From NCBI GenBank assembly GCA_943704425.1, contig CALSCP010000281.1, forward strand, positions 1-58,102: a DNA stretch of 58,102 nt, given 5' to 3'. A program made the translations under genes and the position numbers. Origin of the DNA: Ministeria vibrans ATCC 50519. Its lineage: Eukaryota; Protista; Filasterea. Shown in pieces: positions 54,952-58,102 of the stretch. How positions within the stretch are numbered: position 1 is the first letter of the stretch; each line of letters begins with the position of its first letter. A model generated the notes under the pieces. That model was not told the origin of the DNA. It saw only the letters and a list, made by a program, of their open reading frames with translations, and searched no databases.

Positions 54952-55249
54952 CGCAGCCGGTCAAGAGGAGCTAACGATTCCTCGACTGTGCCCAATACAA
55001 ACAATACTATTTAGTAAATAGTTAATAGTCAGCGAAACATTAAACAATTCAACCCCCTTGGTTTGGTTTGGTTTGTGGGACAATCAGTCAGAGAGAAACA
55101 ATCCCAGTTCTTCAAATAGATAAAGGAAGTGAACACATTTTTCACTTTTCAGTCACGGACGTGTAAAGTCAACTCTAGATAGAGAGAGTGTGTGTGTGGG
55201 AGGCGGCCCAAGTGACATTGCAGGGAGCCTCAGTCTTGACGTACGTTGG

Positions 55250-56443
55250 ATGTCGTCGTCTGCGTCCTCCTCCAACAGCAGTGGCGGTCGAGGGGTTCGC
55301 TCACGACGCCGCTTACCAGGCTTGACCCTTGATGGAAGCAGCAGCTGCAGTAGCAGCGATAGCGAGGTATGCCGAGGCGCTCTACGCCGCTGAATCATCA
55401 GCGAGAGAGAAAGCGCCGACAAAGAGAGTGGAAGTGACAAAAAAAAAAAAAAAAACGTCTCATGACGGCTGTACGTGAAGTGCGAGCCGACTCCAAGCGC
55501 GGCTCACTTGGTATTCGCTTCCGGCCCGTGCTGCCAGGCGTGAGACGCCAGTGCGCGCCCTGTCTTTCCGGCGTCTGCTGTGTAAAATGGGACATTTTGG
55601 AAAATCTATTTACGGCTCGTTGAAAAAAAGACTCTAAAACTCCCGCTCCGCCGCTCGTTAGGACGATTGCCCTCCCTCCTTGGAGAACAATGCCGACAAG
55701 ACAGACAAAAGCCACAAGGTTTATTTTTTTTTCGCACTTTGGTTTTTGTTCGCTCTGACACCTTTTTCATATTCGGGGGTGCTTTGCAGGGAACAGGCAT
55801 TCCGGATGACTACAAGAAGGTGACTGCGTTGAAAGAGGCGGTGTTTGCAAAGTTAGGCACAGAGTAAGTGGGTTTGAATTATTTATATATCAGATTCAAT
55901 GATTGTCTTGAAGGGTGACGTTGGCCGCGTGTGGTGATTAGTGTCTTGCGTGTCTACATGCATGTGTAGTTTGACGTGGGGGGGAGGGGAGGGGTGTTAT
56001 TTTAAGTTCAAGGATACCATTCTCACCCTTTTCTTTCTTACATTTCCGTGTGGTTTGTTTAGCACCTACCCCGACATCCCACGCGGCGAACTGGCGAGTA
56101 CCACGCATGATTTCCTTTCTCTGGTGCGTCTAATGGAGCTGGGCGGACGGGATCCGCGCCACGTCCGCCAGTGCGATGGCGTCTCGTGCAAGCACAGCTG
56201 CAAGGAGGACGGCGAGCAACTCATGCAACGCGCCCTCTTGCTCTACGGCCATCTCCAAACAAAAGAGGTCCCGTTTGATACCTTCTGTTGTTGTTGTTGT
56301 TGTTGTTGGTATTGTTCATTGGCGTAACGACCCTAACCCTCATTATATTGGTGTTGCAGGCCAAATTTGTGACATTTACCGACGAAGACTTTGAGCTGAA
56401 GAGTGTCGTGGACGATGTGCTTGTACAGCTCTTGGTCGATTGA
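55250..56443 (+). CDS. Hypothetical multi-exon protein; 5' structure uncertain
   Basis: Four 3' exons splice in frame through GT-AG introns (DDCPPSLENN../GTGIPDDYKK../TYPDIPRG../AKFVTFTDEDF..stop). No family recognised. Confidence 0.5.
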
Positions 56444-56481
56444 TTGAGATTGAATGGTAGACAACAGTGATTCATTTTCGA

Positions 56482-56578
<97 letters not shown>

Positions 56579-56782
56579 AAACACAAAACAAAACAACAAA
56601 AAATAGTATATCCAATAAAGAGAACTTTGTGTAATTACTTCAACCAAACCGAAGCCCTCCCCAAAAACGAAAGCAGAATCAAAATGGAATACAAATACAA
56701 ACACACACATAGAGGAGCGAGAGAGAGAGCTATAGATAGATAGAGAGATAGAGAGACGCACACACACAAATCGCGCGTGTGC

Positions 56783-58047
56783 TCACTCTGGTCTGAACCT
56801 GCGCGCTGCTCTCATATGCGCAACCTTCTTCTTGTCCTCCTCAAACTTCACGCGCATCGCAGCAATCTATAATGTGTGTGTGTGCAAAAGTGGGTGAGAG
56901 GCATGACTTTTCTCGATAAGCATGTGTGATTCCTACCTGTTCGCGTTGGTGTTCTCTGTGTTGGAATCGGTAGAAGTTTGCTTCTTGCGACTCTTTCTTT
57001 TGTCGCTTCTTCTCGCGTGTCTTTTCATCTAAAATGCAATCAACAGTTATTAGTTGGCGTTTTCGTGTTTTTTGTGGCACTATCGTACCCTGAGTGAGAT
57101 GTGTCGCGCTTCGTTTGCGAGACACAAACGTCCATCCGTCCGATTCTGATTCCTCTCGAGCTCTTCGCTCTTCTTTTTCCCTACACACACACACAGACAG
57201 ACAGACACACAATAAGTTTCACTATTGTCGTGCGTGTTGTCGTTGGTTTCTTCCGTACATTTCCACTCGCTGTTCAAAATCCTCCATGTATTTGTCTACG
57301 GATCGCTCGAGAGCCTTTGGGTCTGTGTACTGAGACCAGTAGCGCTTTTCCATTGCTGTGCAGTCACGCAAAACGACAAAAACAAAACACACCTTAGTAT
57401 TACTGCGGCGGGTCACATCTTGACTCGCTCACCGGCAGGTCCTCGATTCTCCATGGCCACGTTGAGCTCGCCGCCACTCAATGAGAGTGCCTTTTCAAGA
57501 GCCTTTTCCGTCTTGAACACAATGTGGGCCGTCTACGGTGCGGTGAAGCAGAAACGGATGAGGACAGAAAACGAAGACGCAAGTGTCGCTTACAATGGAC
57601 GGCATGAGTCCGCCACTGTTCGCCAGACTTCCCATGTAAACACTTTCTATGGCCCCTGCCTTGCTGTACAGACTCTCGAGCGCCTGGTCAGCACAGCCGT
57701 CAGGCAAGTTGGTGACAAAGAGCGTTTTGCCGGCAGGATAGCGAGCAGCGGAGGCTTCGGCCGCCTGTACGGAAACAATAGACGCTTATCAGGAAAGCGT
57801 TCACAACAAGATGGTAGGTATGCACAGGGGACACACACAGGGGGCCACAGCGTCTTCCAAAACGTACCGCATCCCGACGATATTTTCCAACACGGTGTTC
57901 GCGCACGAACAGTTCAGAGGACACGCGGGAGCCGCTCTCCTCTACTGCCACCGACTTTTTCTTCTTCTTCGACGGTGTGGTCGTCTCTACTGCAGTCGTT
58001 GCCGCCGCCGACGGATACACACACACTATTTTTACCGCTTTGAACAT
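56783..58047 (-). CDS. RRP7A: Ribosomal RNA-processing protein RRP7A
   Basis: LFVTNLP RRM-like segment, VDKYMEDFE, DGWTFV, NFYRFQHRE and KFEEDKKKVAHMRAARRFRP. Confidence 0.93.
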
Positions 58048-58102
58048 GTTAAAATTAATATAGTTTCGTCATTTTATCGATCGTATTCAATATTAATTGA
58101 GT

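Overview
Eukaryotic, very gene-dense and intron-rich scaffold segment with GC-rich exons, AT-rich spacers and microsatellite-filled introns. About 23 protein-coding genes were reconstructed by manually splicing the sequence. The gene content (Kibra/WWC, a receptor-like TKL kinase, DCAF15-like, hinderin-like, CEP162- and CATIP-like ciliary genes, LCL2-like) suggests a flagellated unicellular opisthokont, probably a holozoan; this is inference, not identification. Family calls rest on remembered sequence motifs, not database searches. No rRNA, tRNA, CRISPR array or intact transposon was found. The best leads are: (1) a TTLL10-like ATP-grasp ligase with an N-terminal signal anchor, suggesting a secretory-pathway amino-acid ligase; (2) a perfect 55-bp inverted repeat that could sequester a 3' splice site in the SF3B2 pre-mRNA; (3) a ~39-bp dispersed element in three copies; (4) a dispersed intronic minisatellite family with core ACAAAGTGATAG; (5) four head-to-head gene pairs with only 71-101 bp between start codons; (6) an arrestin-FYVE-PH protein, a Kibra carrying Tyr motifs and a stand-alone CATIP C-terminal mini-protein. 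Two probable assembly problems lie near 29.25 kb and 33.7 kb.
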